64,000 bases of DNA from the NCBI RefSeq assembly GCF_036321535.1, contig NC_087436.1:14942001-15006000 (forward strand). The letters run 5' to 3'. The translations under genes were made by a program, and so were the position numbers. This stretch comes from Camelus dromedarius. Lineage: Eukaryota. Below, piece after piece: positions 13,476 through 26,499 of this stretch; positions within the stretch are counted from its first letter, which is position 1, and each line of letters opens with the position of its first letter. Below the pieces are notes generated by a model that had not been told where the DNA came from, searched no databases, and was given only the letters and a program-made list of their open reading frames with translations.

Positions 13476-14887
13476 ATTTGTTCTTGATGCTTGAAACGTT
13501 TTGCTTTGAGTGGCACAGGGGGTCATGACATTGGAACCACAGAGAAAAACATAATCACGGCAGACTGGCTTGGTAACAATATTTACGTAATCATCATGTA
13601 AGCACTGTTTTCTGGTTTTCAATTTTTAGACTCAACCTATAAACAAGGCAGGGGAAACTAAATTGTGGTTACAGGATAGATAGAATTTGGGAGGTAGAAG
13701 TGGGTGGAGAAGTGGACGAAAGAGACTTTTTGCTTTTATCTTCATCTTCCTGAATGAGTGGTCAGAGGTATTATTGACTGGTGCTGGGACAAGAATTGAG
13801 GATTTGTCTACAGTTACAATAGTAACAGAGCGACTAAAATAGCTAAAACTTTCAAAATGTGGGAGGGAGTAGGGACATGATTTAAAACTTTTTCTACTCT
13901 AGAAGGAAGTGGAGAGATAATGTTTGCTAAGGTTGCTAATCAAGACAGAGCAGTGTAAACATACCATTTGGAGATGGAAGGAGAAACCACAGGCAGAACT
14001 AAAAACAGAACCTGGTTCAAGGCTGTCCTCTGTGGGGAGTGGGATGAGGGTGGGGAGAGGTGGCACTGTTTCTTGACTTTGCAAAACTTTTGAGCTCTTT
14101 GCTATTTCAATCATGCACAGGAATCACTCTGATAAAATCTGAATTTAATCCTGGAAACCTGTTTCACTGCCATGTCACAAAAATTGATTACAAAAATAAA
14201 TGAAATTGTCACATTAAAGTGAGAGAAAACAGCAAAGCTCAGAGAGGTTAAGTGATTTATCCCAACTCACACTGGCCGTTGTGGGGGGTTGAACTCAGTT
14301 CTTCCAACACCAAATGCAGAGCCTGACTCATGGGCCGTGGTGAGGACAGAACAGGTCAGAGTGAGGATGTGCTTTGTAGATCACTGTTTCCATTTGCTGG
14401 TACACACCAGATATCTATGAGCATTTTGTCACCTTTAATCTTATTTTAGACATTGATGGAATTGAAGTAAAAACAAATGGCCCACGTCAGATAATTGTTA
14501 CATATTTGGAACTCGAGTTGCTTCCTACTGAAAGGGATGGTGAGGTCAGACCTTCTGCAAGGGGAACAGTCCTTTTGCAGCGGGAGCGTTCAGCTGGGTG
14601 TGTGGCAACTCGGTGCTTGCGCTGTGTTTTCCTGAAAGTACATTTCATTCTCTGGCCCTGGACTGGTTCAGTGGAGCAGTGTTGTCCCAAATCCTCTGCT
14701 CTGTCCCCTGCCTGACTTCTCTGGTGCACCCTCCTTTGCCTTCAGACTCTCTCCTGGTACATTTGAGGCTTGTTTCTGTCCACTTGCTTGGCTCCATGAC
14801 CTCAACCAACATCTTTCCAGACTCTTCACTCTTTCAACAAATAGTGACTGAGTAACCACTGGGCTGGCCACCACTGGGGCAATGTGA

Positions 14888-15010
14888 CATCTCTGTCACC
14901 CAGGGATTCGGATCTAGGGGAGGTATCACCAACACTGCAAGGACCCTCCTTTTCTGCACATCTACTCCAGGTGAGGGATGGAGCTGCTCCAGTCTCAGTC
15001 CTGGGCCTCC
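14888..15010 (+). repeat. ~125-bp segment also present at 33878-34003
   Basis: catctctgtcacccagggRttcgRatcta...tcaccaacactgcaaggac...ccaggtRaggg.tggagctgc shared. Confidence 0.9.
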
Positions 15011-15703
15011 TGTGTCCCTCCACCTGGAGAAGACAGGCAGTCGCAAGCAGAATTTGAATTCCTCATCCATCCTTAGCTGGTTTGCCTATTCAGGGGGATG
15101 GTTCCCATCCTCAACCCAGCTTGTTATCTGAATTTTTTGCTTCTGTGTTAAGCAAAGAGGATTTGAGTATTGAAATCTACTTCCAATAAGGACTTTGACC
15201 CAAAGCTTTAAAGACTGTGATCTGGAAACATAAATCAGATATGTAGAGCCATGACATAGCTAGGAGGCTGTGATGGAAGAAACTTATGCTTGCTTTGGGG
15301 ATGTAATGCACAATCACCTGATTGAGCCCTGAGAAATAAACTACAGACAGACAGGGTTGGCGTTTGGTGGGCCTGTGGAAGAGCCCTTGCTGCCTCCACT
15401 TGGTGAGCCAAGGAATGATTGTGGAAAGGGCTTGTTGAAGGTTTTGAACGCTGGCTATGATGTAGCTCAGATCTGCCTGGAGGTAAATAAACTTTGCCAG
15501 GTGGTGAGGAACTGGTCTGCACTTCTAGTCAGGAGACCCGTCTGCAGTCATCAGCTGATAAAGTCAGTTTCAGATATTACAGAATAAACGAAGCTTACTT
15601 CTGTAGACCCGTTCTGAGGAAATGACTTGAATGTGTCAACTTCAGCAAAACTAAGGCAAAAATCCCAGAAAAGGGAGAGTTTTTAATATAAGAAATAATA
15701 CAA

Positions 15704-15838
15704 GGGCAGGGAGGGTATAGCTCAGTGGTAGAGTGCAAGCTTAGCATGCACAAGTTCCAGGGTTCAATTCCCAGTGCCTCCGCTAATAAGTAAATAGAAA
15801 CCTAATTATCCCCCCAAAAAAATTTAAAAATTTTTAAA
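15704..15838 (+). mobile_element. tRNA-derived SINE (vic-1-like) with 14-bp TSD
   Basis: TSD aagaaataaYacaa at 15690-15703 and 15839-15852; head with tagctcagtgg and ggttcaattcc boxes. Confidence 0.95.
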
Positions 15839-16559
15839 AAGAAATAACACAATTCACTTGGGAAATTCCTGGATGCCATTTGTTAGCTGACCTAGCAAAC
15901 AATTAGTCTGCATTAATAGACATCAATGGACTCTGAGAAAAAAGATTTTCAAGAAGAATGTAGTGGTTCCCATGGAATGAGTAGAATGAGTAAAAGCTGA
16001 ATACGATATAGAAGGTACATGTTTCTTCTAACAGAAAGAAAAAAGACCATCAGAAACTGGAGGGAAAACAAAACAAAATGTGCAAATAAGTCACAGTCCA
16101 AACAGGAAGTCCTCTAGGGAGGAGGCAGCTGACCCAGCCTTCACTGAGTGTTCATGGGAAGCCCAAGCAGAAGCCAACACTTTTTCTTTAAGATCGTCCC
16201 TGAGGAGCCCTGCAAATTGCCATTAGGAGCAGTGGGAGATGAGGGAGATTCTGGTTATGTGGTCCTCAGTCCCCTGGGAGGCTGCAGAATTTGCAGAATG
16301 CTTGGTGTCCATGTGCACATTCATATACAAAGTAGTCATAGATTCCAGCTGTTTCAGAAATTTAGAAATCTACCTTTCCCTCTTTGTATATACACGCTAC
16401 TGTGCTTCATAAAATACAAATAATTTTAAAGCATTATTCCATCAACAGTAACTTTTTATCATTATGTGGTTTCTCAAAGGACATCTAAAAATACAACCAA
16501 TGTTTTCTATGATCCCCTCAGCCGTAATTAGGTTTTCATATTAGACTCATAATCTCTAT

Positions 16560-16760
16560 ATTTTCCTTTAGAGCACTTAATTTTTAATTGTATTTCTATT
16601 TCCATGGCCATTTATTTTGTGTCTGTTTCTCCAGACTATAAGCTTCATGAGGGCAAGAAATGCATTTGTTTTCCTCGCCAATTGTATTTCCATCTCCTAG
16701 TAGACTGCTTGGCACATCCTAAGTGCTCAGTAAATATTTGTTAAGCAAATGAATGAGGTG
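16560..16760 (+). mobile_element. L2 3' end
   Basis: agactataagcttcatgagggcaag...gtgctcagtaaatatttgttaagcaaatgaatga. Confidence 0.8.
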
Positions 16761-18593
16761 GTGGGGCTGAGGGAAAGTGTCCAAGAATTTTTTTTTTTTT
16801 TGATGGTTCAAAAGTTTGGGAAGCAATGATCTGGCCATTTTACAAGTATAACTGAGGCCCAGGAGAGCCAGGAGACTTATCAAAGAGGCAGGTTGGTTCA
16901 CTGCAAATAAGGAGGCAATCTCAGCCCAGTGAACCTCCCAGGATTCTTGTCAATTTCTAATAGCATTAATTTTTTAATAAAATTATACATTTAATTGTAA
17001 CATGGTGCTGGGCATGAGACAAAGTGGACCAAGCAAAGGCTCAGTCTCTTTGGTGATTACAATCTAAAAGAATGTCCAGTGGCTATATGGGCACAGAACT
17101 TAATGTTTCTGAACCTGTTTACATTGATGCTTTCTTAGAATGATTTAGTGTAAACTATATACTTGGCCTTCTGTGGTGCGTAATGGTGTCAGTCGCAAAC
17201 AATGGGTCATTAAAAAGAGGGGAGTCTATTTTCTGCAGCCCCCTACCCACTCCATTTGCCTCTAAGTTTCTTCTGGAACCTGAAATTAGGCTGCATTATT
17301 TATGGAATGCCAACTCCTAGAGAGAACTATTCTAGGAACCATGGGGGAAATACATGAGACTTAACAGGCATGTACCTGCTTTGGAGGTGAAAACAAGCAA
17401 GGCCATATATATATGTAGCTATGGTTCTTTCTTTCCAAATATCTGTTCCAGGGACTTGGCAGGTGCAGAGTTGACCTGCAAATAAATTCAACTGCATTCA
17501 CAGTTCCCAAGAATGACTGTGACCAGTTCACTCACACAGGTGAGAACAAAATATTTTCAGAGAAGGCAGGGGTACCTAAGAAAAAGTTGCAAAGAATGAG
17601 TAGAAAAGGCCTGAAATTGCATTGATCCAACACAAATTCTTGGTTATTTGGAAGTAGCGTTCATTCTAGTTATGAAGAACATCTCAACATGCATCGTACA
17701 GGGGGCCCTCCACCAGCCTGTGGGCCGTGTCATACCCTCTCCCCCAACTTAACGATTATTTGCTGCCATTGCTTGGCAAGGAAAGTGAGTGGGAGTATTT
17801 ACAGACTCTAAACTCTACTCCAAGATGAACTGGGACTCCCAGTTCTAGAGATCACAGCTAGGGAAGGGTGACCAGATTTCAAGCAAAAATTTTTTAAAAA
17901 TTGAGATAAAACATCCTTTCATGTTGACAGTTAACAGCAACATCCAGATCCTTAAAATCCCTTTTCTCAGGGCATTTGGGTTGGTGTCCTCAGAGAAGGC
18001 AGGAAGTATCCATAACTGGGCTGCTTGTGAAGACAAGGGTCCTGCTGTGGCCATGTAAGGGCTGCAAGACATGCATTTCAGCCTCCTTGCGTCACCACCA
18101 CCTGAGGACCCGGCCAGTGACATCACATCACTGTGCCTTTCTCTCTAAAGTGGCATTCTCCCTCTGCTCTATGGTCTTCTTCCCTCTTCACTCTTGAAAA
18201 GGGTAGGAGAGAACTGAGTGCACATTGTCTTTCTGTTTTGGACCTCGAGCCCATTAGGAAGAGGAAACAAGGTTCACAAGGGGTCTACCACGTGCCAGAA
18301 GATGTAGTGGGTCCTTTCCATGCAATAAGCCATTGGATACACCCAACCGCCCAGGGAAGGGCTTTCCATTGTCTTCCTCTTGCAGATTTTAAGAACAAAC
18401 AGGTTCAGAAACATTAAGTTCTGTGCCCAAGGTCCTACAACTCTAGCAGAGGCAAGATTTGAAGTCATCATTTTTGTATTACAAAACTAAGGTCTGCCTC
18501 TACTCTGAGAAGCCTTTCTCGACACCCTGAACAAAGTATCATTGTAACAGACTCTAGGGGAAAGGAGAGCTCCCTGTGATGCAGGAAAACAGA

Positions 18594-19203
18594 TGTGGGA
18601 CGTGAGGAGGGCCGTGTCCCAGGCTTCGGTTGAGCCGTTGGAATGTGCCCTGCCAAATGTGGGTCCTTCGTTTCACGCAGGAAAGAATTCAAGAGTGAGC
18701 CACTGTTGAGTAAAGGTAGATTTATTCAGAGAGATACATTGAAAGGCAAGAGAAAGGCCCCGAGGTATGGGGGCTGGGTGCTCAGATTAAAAGTAGGTAC
18801 ACACTCCAAAGACAGAGTGCAGGCCATCTCTGAATGGAGAGAGGCAGCCGCTAGGTGCCTTGTTGCCAGTTTTTATGGGCTTGGTGGCTTCATATGCTAA
18901 TAAGTGGAAGGACCAGTCTAAGTAGCCTGGGGAAGGGGCTGGGATTCCCAGGAAGTTGGCCATTTCCCACTCTTTGACCTTTTGTGGCTAGCCTTGGGAC
19001 TGCCATGGTGCCTGTGGGCATGTTACTCACCATGTTAATGTATTACAATAAGCATATAATGAAGCTCAAGATCTGCTAGAAGTTAAATCTCCCATCATCT
19101 AGAGCCTCAGGGTCTCCTGGGGGTTGAATCTTTCACCATTTTGATGTTAATTGCTGTAGCATTTCTTGAATGGCTGTGCCCTGCCCCCTTCCATCCTGTC
19201 TCA
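18594..19203 (-). mobile_element. ERV1-type solo LTR
   Basis: Starts TGAGACAGG on minus, AATAAA on minus at ~18721; homologous to 52264-52673; left boundary uncertain. Confidence 0.75.
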
Positions 19204-20319
19204 CATGGACCCCATCTTCTGCGTTTGAGGAGGTCCTGCTCCTCACCCAGTGGGGTAGGAGGGCCATATTCTTCCAGGCAGAACCCTGCTCTCTTCTTTC
19301 TGCACGAGAAAACAGATCCTTGACAGACACATCAAGTTCACCCTCCAGACCTTTCTGTGGAACTGCAATATGTTCTGTTTCATGTTTCCCAAATTATTTG
19401 CAACAGGCAGCTGTGCTAGGTCAGAATCTCTGAGGTGCTCTGGGATTCCAGACAGGGTGGGGGCTGCCATCCTGCTCTGCCTGGCTGGGAATAATACAAT
19501 TCACGAATGTGGAGCATCTGGGGAATTCAGGGGCTAAAAAGAGAAGCTCCTGGCTGGAAGTGGCTAAGATTCCTGGACCTCCGCGGTGTCAGGGAACTGT
19601 TTCAGGGATGTTTTGCTTTCGCTGTGGAGCTAATGATAAAGCATCCCTGTATCAACAGCTACTGTGCTTGGTACTGTACCGAGGGCCTTCAGAGGTATTG
19701 TATTTGTCCGCCCTTTCAGTGCTGACAGCCACATATCACAGATGAGTAAATAGAGGCTCAGGGATCATCAGTAGCTCACTCAAGTTTTCATAGCTTCGAG
19801 GCCAAGTCAAGATACAAACCCAGGCAATTTGACCTGAATGTTCATATTTTTAACAACAACAGTATATTGCCTCTAAGGAGATTATTCTGCAGCTAATGAA
19901 TACATCAGACAGGCTTCTCTCCATCTCATACCCTACCCACCAAATGTTTGGGCAATTAAAATAGTTGAGTTCACTTACAATGGGAATGGAAACACAGCAC
20001 TTAGGCTCGTCCCAGTTACATGAATTAATTCTGTCTCGGGGTTCTGATGACAGCATAAACCAAAGAGCCCAAAATCCCATGATGAAATTATATCATTAAA
20101 GCCCTTGGCAGCTCAGCTATTATGTTATGTAAAATATATGTATAGCTTCGGAGAATTCCTCTCCACCAGCCGACAGGTTGAAAAAAATATATTAGTAACG
20201 ATCGGATTCTATACCATCATCCCGGTCCTTATGTGGTGTTATTGATGGGAATGCTGCTTGTTTGGAATCTGGAAGGTAAACAGAGTTTCAAATTCCAAGG
20301 CGCTGTTGTGGATGTGAGA

Positions 20320-21110
20320 GCGGAGCCGCATGGCCATGCAAATGAAGGAACCCTGAAACCCCAAGCCTCCAATCACAGCCCCTGCGCACCGGCATTCCAA
20401 ACACGCCTCGCTCCCCAGCGCGAGCCTGGCGCAGGCCACGGAATCTTTTCAGAGCCAGCATCAAAGGCTGCTGGAGGCTCAGTATTTGGGACATCTCACT
20501 GCAGCCGCAGTCCCAACGTGGGGTGAGGTCAGCAAGGGCAAATAACTAAATAGTTTTCTCCAAAACCCCATAGTTGGAATTCCCTCTCCTGGCCTGGGAT
20601 CCCTCGCGCCCCGTCCCCTGCTGCCGGACAAAGTCCCCCGGACCCGGGGGTCCGGCCGATCCCCAACGCCGCCCACCTGCCGCACGCGGCGCTGCCCAGC
20701 GCGGCAGAAAAGAACTTCTCCTCCCGCAGAGAGGGACGAGCTCGAGACACGCCCTGGCTATCTATAGAAAATCCCGCCGGGGGTTCTGCTGACAAGTCAC
20801 TCGAGATCCCTCCTTGGGCTTTTATTATGTCACAGGAACCCTGAATGGAATGCGGAGGATTAAATTCCAAGCCCTTCGCGGCCGGCTGGTCCCTAAGGGA
20901 GGGGAGCCGGCCGCCATCTGGGCTCTTGGGTGCCCCCTACTGAATGTCGTTGTCCTCCGGCTCCGACGCCTGCGGTCGCGCGGTGCGCTGGTCCAGGCCT
21001 CCTGAGCCCCGGGGGCTGCAGGCAGGTGGGCCCTTTGCGCTCTCACAGCATCCAGGACACCGAAAGGAGGGTAAGAACTCTGACCGGACCCTCCGAGCTC
21101 ACCAAGTAGA
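20320..21110. promoter_or_regulatory. CpG island with no associated coding gene visible
   Basis: Dense CpG and high GC over ~800 bp; YY1-like GCCGCCATCT 20910-20919; TCF/LEF-like ATCAAAG ~20460. Confidence 0.75.
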
Positions 21111-22929
21111 TCTGGGAGGGTTACTCCCCGCTCTGAGCCTCAGTTTCCTCACCGAAGGAACCTCTGAGGCGTAAGGTTGGGACTATCACTACCACAGCCG
21201 GGGAGGTTACCAAGAGGGTGACACAGCAGTGGTGGTGACCTCTGAGCACGCGCTGGTGGGGGGTTGGGAGACCCCCACTGGCAGTTACAGTTCTGTACAT
21301 CTCGAATGATGCTGCTGAAGATGCCAAAGCGAGGAAATACTTCAAATGCCAGCTGATTCTTTTATTAAAGGCAAGGAATCAATAAAACTAACTAAATAAA
21401 TTAAATAAAGGCAAGAAAGTTACCAGGTTACTTAAACCTAACAATCTGTGTCCCTTATCCATAGTACAAGAGTAATAATAATGACTACTAGGTAAGTCTG
21501 TTGTGACGAATAAATGGGCTAATTTACAAAAAAGGGCTTCAGACCGTACCTAGCATGTAGTAAACCCCCTTTTCTTCTTGTTGTTGTTACAAAGTCCCAG
21601 AACACAATTCTTTGAAAAGACCACTAGCATTGGTAACATTTATTGCACATTTATGACACACCAGTCATTCGGCTGAGCATTTTAAACAATCTATCGTTTC
21701 AGAAACAGCCCTGCGCAATCAGTACCATCCTCTGCATCCTTTAATAACGAAGAACCTGAGCCTTCAGTGACTTGCCCCAGGTCAGAGAGCCAGTGAGTGG
21801 GCAAGGTGGTCATGGCCCTCCCATCAGAGCTGGCCTTGCTGTGTGAACCTGCACCCACCCTTGACCTTGCTGGGTCTCACATGGAGACAAAAGGCAGATC
21901 ATAACATCTGCCTTATTTCCTTCATGCAACTCTCTTGAGAAAAGTGCTGTGCAAACTGACGTTCTGCCCAGAAATGGGAGGAATTTCATCTTCCTACAAG
22001 GAGATAAGTCAGAGGAGGGAATATGGACGGGGAGCAGTCACAGGGAGCCAGCGTCGCTGAGGGATTGTTCTACTCCTTCCCAGGGAAGGAGAAGAGAATA
22101 TGGGGACACAGGACACATTTGATCTAAGCCAAGAGCTCATGAAAGTGCTCAAAGTCCTGGGGAGGCCACTGGTCCTATGAAAAGTCAAAGCTCAGAATCT
22201 GTCAGCTCTTCTCGAGAGGTCTGTCAACGTGTGTGCAAGCACAGGCGCGCGCACGCACGCACACACACACACACACACCCAAGCACGCACAGTAATAATG
22301 CATCACTGGGCTTCTACCTTAGCAGAGCAAGTGAAACATGTAAACAAATAATAAATTATGCCTGCGCCAATGGGGTGTAGAAACAGTAACTCTAAAATAC
22401 TATCCAGGGGAGAGAAGTTTATTGAGACAGTGATAGAACACCCCAATCTCATCGCCAGTGGCATTATTTCATACCTGGAGGAAGGTGGCAGGGTTGTTAT
22501 TTCTTGAAGGAGAACTTTGTCTTTTTTCTTTTTCTCAAACACTGCATTTTTTTTTCTTTAAACAATGCAAATCTTTCCTTCTGAAGGGATCTTGAAAAGC
22601 AGATTCCTTCCATTGTCATGAAGGCACCACGATCTCACAGAATGAAGGAATTCCCAATGACAAGACTTTTCAGTACTACTGATTTGGCAAGCTGGGCTGG
22701 CATGTCTCTGTCTCTGAAGGCCTTCAGATGGGGTGAAGCCCTTGGTTCCTGGGTGGAGGAGACCTCTGATGGTCATGTCTCCTGTGGGCCTTGGGTTGAG
22801 AGGTGAGGCTATATGGCAGACAAGAGCAGTGGTCTCCAAAGTGGGGTATCACATGCAGAGGGTGCTGTCCCCAATCTCCTGGAAGTGAAAGAACTAAAAC
22901 TTTTCATATTTATTTTTCTAATTTGTTCC

Positions 22930-23135
22930 TTTTTTATTCTTATTTTTTATTGAACTGTAGTCGATTTACAATGTTAGTTTCAGGTGTATAGCAAAGTGAT
23001 TCAGTTATACATATATATTTTTCAGATGCTTTTCCATTACAGCTCATTATAAGAAATTGAATATAGTTCCCTGTGTTACACAGTAGGTCCTTGGTGTTTA
23101 TCTACTTTATATATAGTAATGTGTATCTGTTCAAA
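22930..23135 (-). mobile_element. L1 3'-end fragment
   Basis: ttattgaactgtagtcgatttacaatgtt...attgaatatagttccctgtg. Confidence 0.85.
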
Positions 23136-23149
23136 CTTTATTTTTATGT

Positions 23150-25030
23150 TACCATTACAAAGCCATTTTTGCTATTAAAAGTTGAAATATATACAAAAGT
23201 AGAATATCATGAACTGCCCATGTCCCCATGCAGCTAGCATCCAACTTTAAAAATGATCAATTCATGGCTAGTCTTTTCTTTTCTATTCACCCTCATACTT
23301 GCCCTGCCCGCTTCTCCTCCCACATTATGTGAAGCAAATCTCAGACGTTGCATACTGGAAAGGCCATCTGGTGCCTGCAGTCTTTTGACAACCACCCCCT
23401 CTCTCCCAGCACTTCTTCACCAAGAGATAAAGAGCCCACTTTGTAGGGGAATAGCTGTCCCTGTTTCAGGCTCAGTGAACCTGCCTCAGTTCTGCTTGAG
23501 CGTGTACATTGGTGGCCCCCCAGGCACACCCCCAGCCTTCAGTATTTCAGAGTCCATGGGAGAGGGGTTGGGGTCTTTCCGCCTTGAGAGGGGTGCATGT
23601 AAGCCAACTGCCCTGCATTGGCTTGTCGGGAGAGACCCAATGGTCGTGGAGGACCATGCCCACTATTGAAGCTGATATTAGTCTGTTTCTTTTCTATGTA
23701 AGGAAAGTATTGTTCCATCCAGTATTTTTCTTGGCAACTCTGATGAGGTAGGCAGAAGTGTTTGGAGTCCTCCCCTGGGACTGGTAACCGGTGCACAGCG
23801 TTCTGCTCCCTGGAATTGATAACTAGTGCTCTGGTGTTCTGCTGGATACACAATCATTACAGCTATAAATATTTTAATATACAAATCTAAAAAACAAGTC
23901 TATAAAGAACAAGTCCTCCCTCTTTAAAAATAACCACAATGTCATCATTCTACTCCCAAAGCATCAGCAATAATCCCTCCATATAATTGCATATCCAATC
24001 AGCATCCATATTTCTTCAATTGTCTTATAAATATATATATATTTTTAGTTTGAGTTGGGATCCAAACAAAGTCCACACAAAGTCCATTGTAATGTATAAA
24101 TATGTCCGTTAAGTCCATCCCTTTTAAACTATTGGTTCCCCCCTCTCAATCACTCTGTTGGGATTTTTTGGGGTTTTTTTTGTTTTGTTTTTTTGTTTTT
24201 TTTTTTTTTGCAAAGTTTTGGTTGAAGACCTTGGATTGTTTTTCCTGACTAATCTTCTCCAGGCTGGATTTTGCTGATTATGTTCCCATAGTATCATTTA
24301 TCATGTGCCTCCATCCCTTGTGGTTCCTGTAAATGAGAAATCGAGAGGCTTCATCAGGTTCAAATTAAATATTCTGGCAAGAACACTTTGTAGATGGTGT
24401 TATGGACATCTAATGGGAGAACATAATATTTGATCGTCTCTGTGGTATCAGCAATCTTCGATGATCATTGCCAGATTCTTCAATTCACTCGTGGTTAAAA
24501 AGTGAGGTGTCCTAATTCTATCTATCTGTCTTCATTTATTAGCTGGAGTACTTCCACAAAAAGAATCTTCTCTTTAAGTATTTGCTAACTCTAAGGCACA
24601 ATTCTTACAGGAAAGGTAGGATAAATGCTTTTTATTTTTTACCAGTTTTCAAAATAATAAGTTGATCACCTAGTATTCTCCAAAAGTGATCACCATGCTT
24701 TTTTTAGTGTTATTATAAACATACAAATACATATATATATATTATACATATATAAAATATATATACACACACATATATACATATATATATATATATACAC
24801 ACACACATACATATATATATTCATATATATATGGCTTATCCTGTTGCAGTTGTTCAAAGCATCCCATTTTTTGGCCAGTGGAACCTTTCACATTGGTTCT
24901 TGAGATCTTTTGATGTGACCTCAGTAATAATGGATAGCTTCCTTGCTTTCTGATATGACAAGATGTTCCAAGCTCATTTCCCAAGCAGCTGGTTCCTTTT
25001 AGTGAGAGATGGTATTTAGAGACCACGATC
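23150..25030 (-). mobile_element. Old L1M relic with a probable LTR-like insert at ~23345-23870 and a (TA/CA)n tract at 24720-24832
   Basis: aaatatatacaaaagtagaata...; ctggttccttttagtgagagatggtatttagagacc. Confidence 0.6.
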
Positions 25031-25331
25031 TATACTTAAGTTTATATTAAGCTTTTATTTATATTTTTGTGATACATGTTTTATAATGTACACAATGTTT
25101 TGAAACTATGGCTGATACATATAGCTTATCAATGCCAACCAAACAGAGATACACATATTGCCTGAAAGGGACACCCAACACAGATAGCAGATAGACTATG
25201 TGGTTAGTGCCCAGACCTGAGAAATATGCTTTAATTGTGATCCTGGGTTTCCTTCCTTCCTTCCTAGCCATTTTGCTATGGTCAAGCTCTTTTTCTTTTT
25301 TTTCCCTTTCTCTCTGAACTTCAATTTCTTT

Positions 25332-25485
25332 TTTTGTTTGTTTATTTTTTGTTTTATTTTGTGAGGGGGAGGTAATTAGGTTTTATTTGGGGGGGATATT
25401 TATTTTAACGAAGGTAGTGGGGATTGAATCCAGGACTTCGTGCGTGCTAAGCGCACACTCAACCACTGAGCTATACCCTCCCCAA
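25332..25485 (-). mobile_element. tRNA-derived SINE (vic-1-like) with 21-bp TSD, inserted in a MIR
   Basis: TSD tctctgaacttcaatttcttt at 25311-25331 and 25486-25506. Confidence 0.95.
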
Positions 25486-26149
25486 TCTCTGAACTTCAAT
25501 TTCTTTAAGTGCAAAATCAGCATAGCAATAGCCACTTCATGGGGATGTTGTGATGACCAAATAAGATGGTAGACAAAGACACTGAGAGAGAGAGAGAGGA
25601 AAATATATGCATGCTACACACCTACCCTGGCTTCACTCAACAAATAGGAGTTATTCACAGAATATCAACTAAAATATCAGTATTGACAGAGCCCCTCTCA
25701 TAGAGAAGGTTCTATGTCCTCAAGGAGCTTGCAAGCCAGAAGGGAGAAGCACCATACACAGGAAAACTTACAATCGTTCCAAGGGCTTATTGAGCCATAT
25801 GGAGGATAAATCTCTTGGAAATTCAGAGGCGAGAGCCCTCTGGAACCTGGAAAGGTCTGAAGTCTTTGGGAGAAAGACAGGCCCTTAGCTGGGCCTTGAC
25901 GCCTCGCCCGGGGAGGTGGGGGTGGGATGGGGTAGGCACGTCTGGGCTGGGGGGATGAAACAGACAAAGCAACAAAGTAGCAGGAGGAGGAGAAACTGCT
26001 GGAAGAACCAGGGGCAGGAAGAAATGATTGTTCCACAGCCCCAGCCCTCCATAGGGGTGAGCAGGTGGAGCACAGAGAACAGGACCTCGCTGGCTTCACG
26101 GGAACCCCTTTGTGTCCGGGTGGCGGAGGGAGGCCAGGCTGCTGCGGAG

Positions 26150-26185
26150 AGGACGGAAGTCAGGGCGTGCGCCTGCGCGGAAGGC
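26150..26185. promoter_or_regulatory. ETS-NRF1-ETS motif cluster
   Basis: CGGAAGT 26154-26160, TGCGCCTGCGC 26168-26178, CGGAAG 26178-26183. Confidence 0.45.
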
Positions 26186-26499
26186 TCTTGGCGGCTGGTT
26201 AAGAGAACAAAGCAACTCGGGCACTGGAAAGTGGCGGTGTGACCCAGAGCACATAGGCTACCCCAGCTGGTGGCAGGCATCCACCAGGAGCAAGATGCTG
26301 GAGGAAAATAGAGACTTCCAAAGAGGCTTTGATGACCCAAGCCCCAGGAACTGCCAAGGCTAGCCTGGCAGCAAGAAAGCAGACACCATGGACAACTGAG
26401 ACAGTGCTTGTCTCTCCAAGAGGAGGTGAGAGTTGGGTGAATCTGGTGGGAGAGCCTGCCCCATGGGGCTGGGCTGCAACAGGAGTTTGGGTTATCTGA

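Larger units (their letters stand above)
9100..14150 (+). mobile_element. Old HAL1/L1ME-like relic, interrupted by younger elements at 10220-12270 and 13325-13475
   Basis: A-rich L1 ORF1-like decayed sequence, e.g. ttactttaaaactagaattccatattaagccaaac; resumes across the inserts. Confidence 0.5.
12879..16108 (+). repeat. Direct duplication of ~380 bp: 12879-13261 vs 15558-16108 (second copy carries a SINE)
   Basis: Colinear from ataaagKcagtttcagatattacagaataaa to aataagtcacWgtccaaacaggaa. Confidence 0.95.

Noticed and set aside
13080..13622. 180-aa minus ORF
   Set aside because: Runs across LINE relics with low-complexity composition; no protein family recognised.
15704..15781. tRNA-like sequence with A and B boxes
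   Set aside because: SINE head: multiple diverged copies, A-rich tail and TSD.
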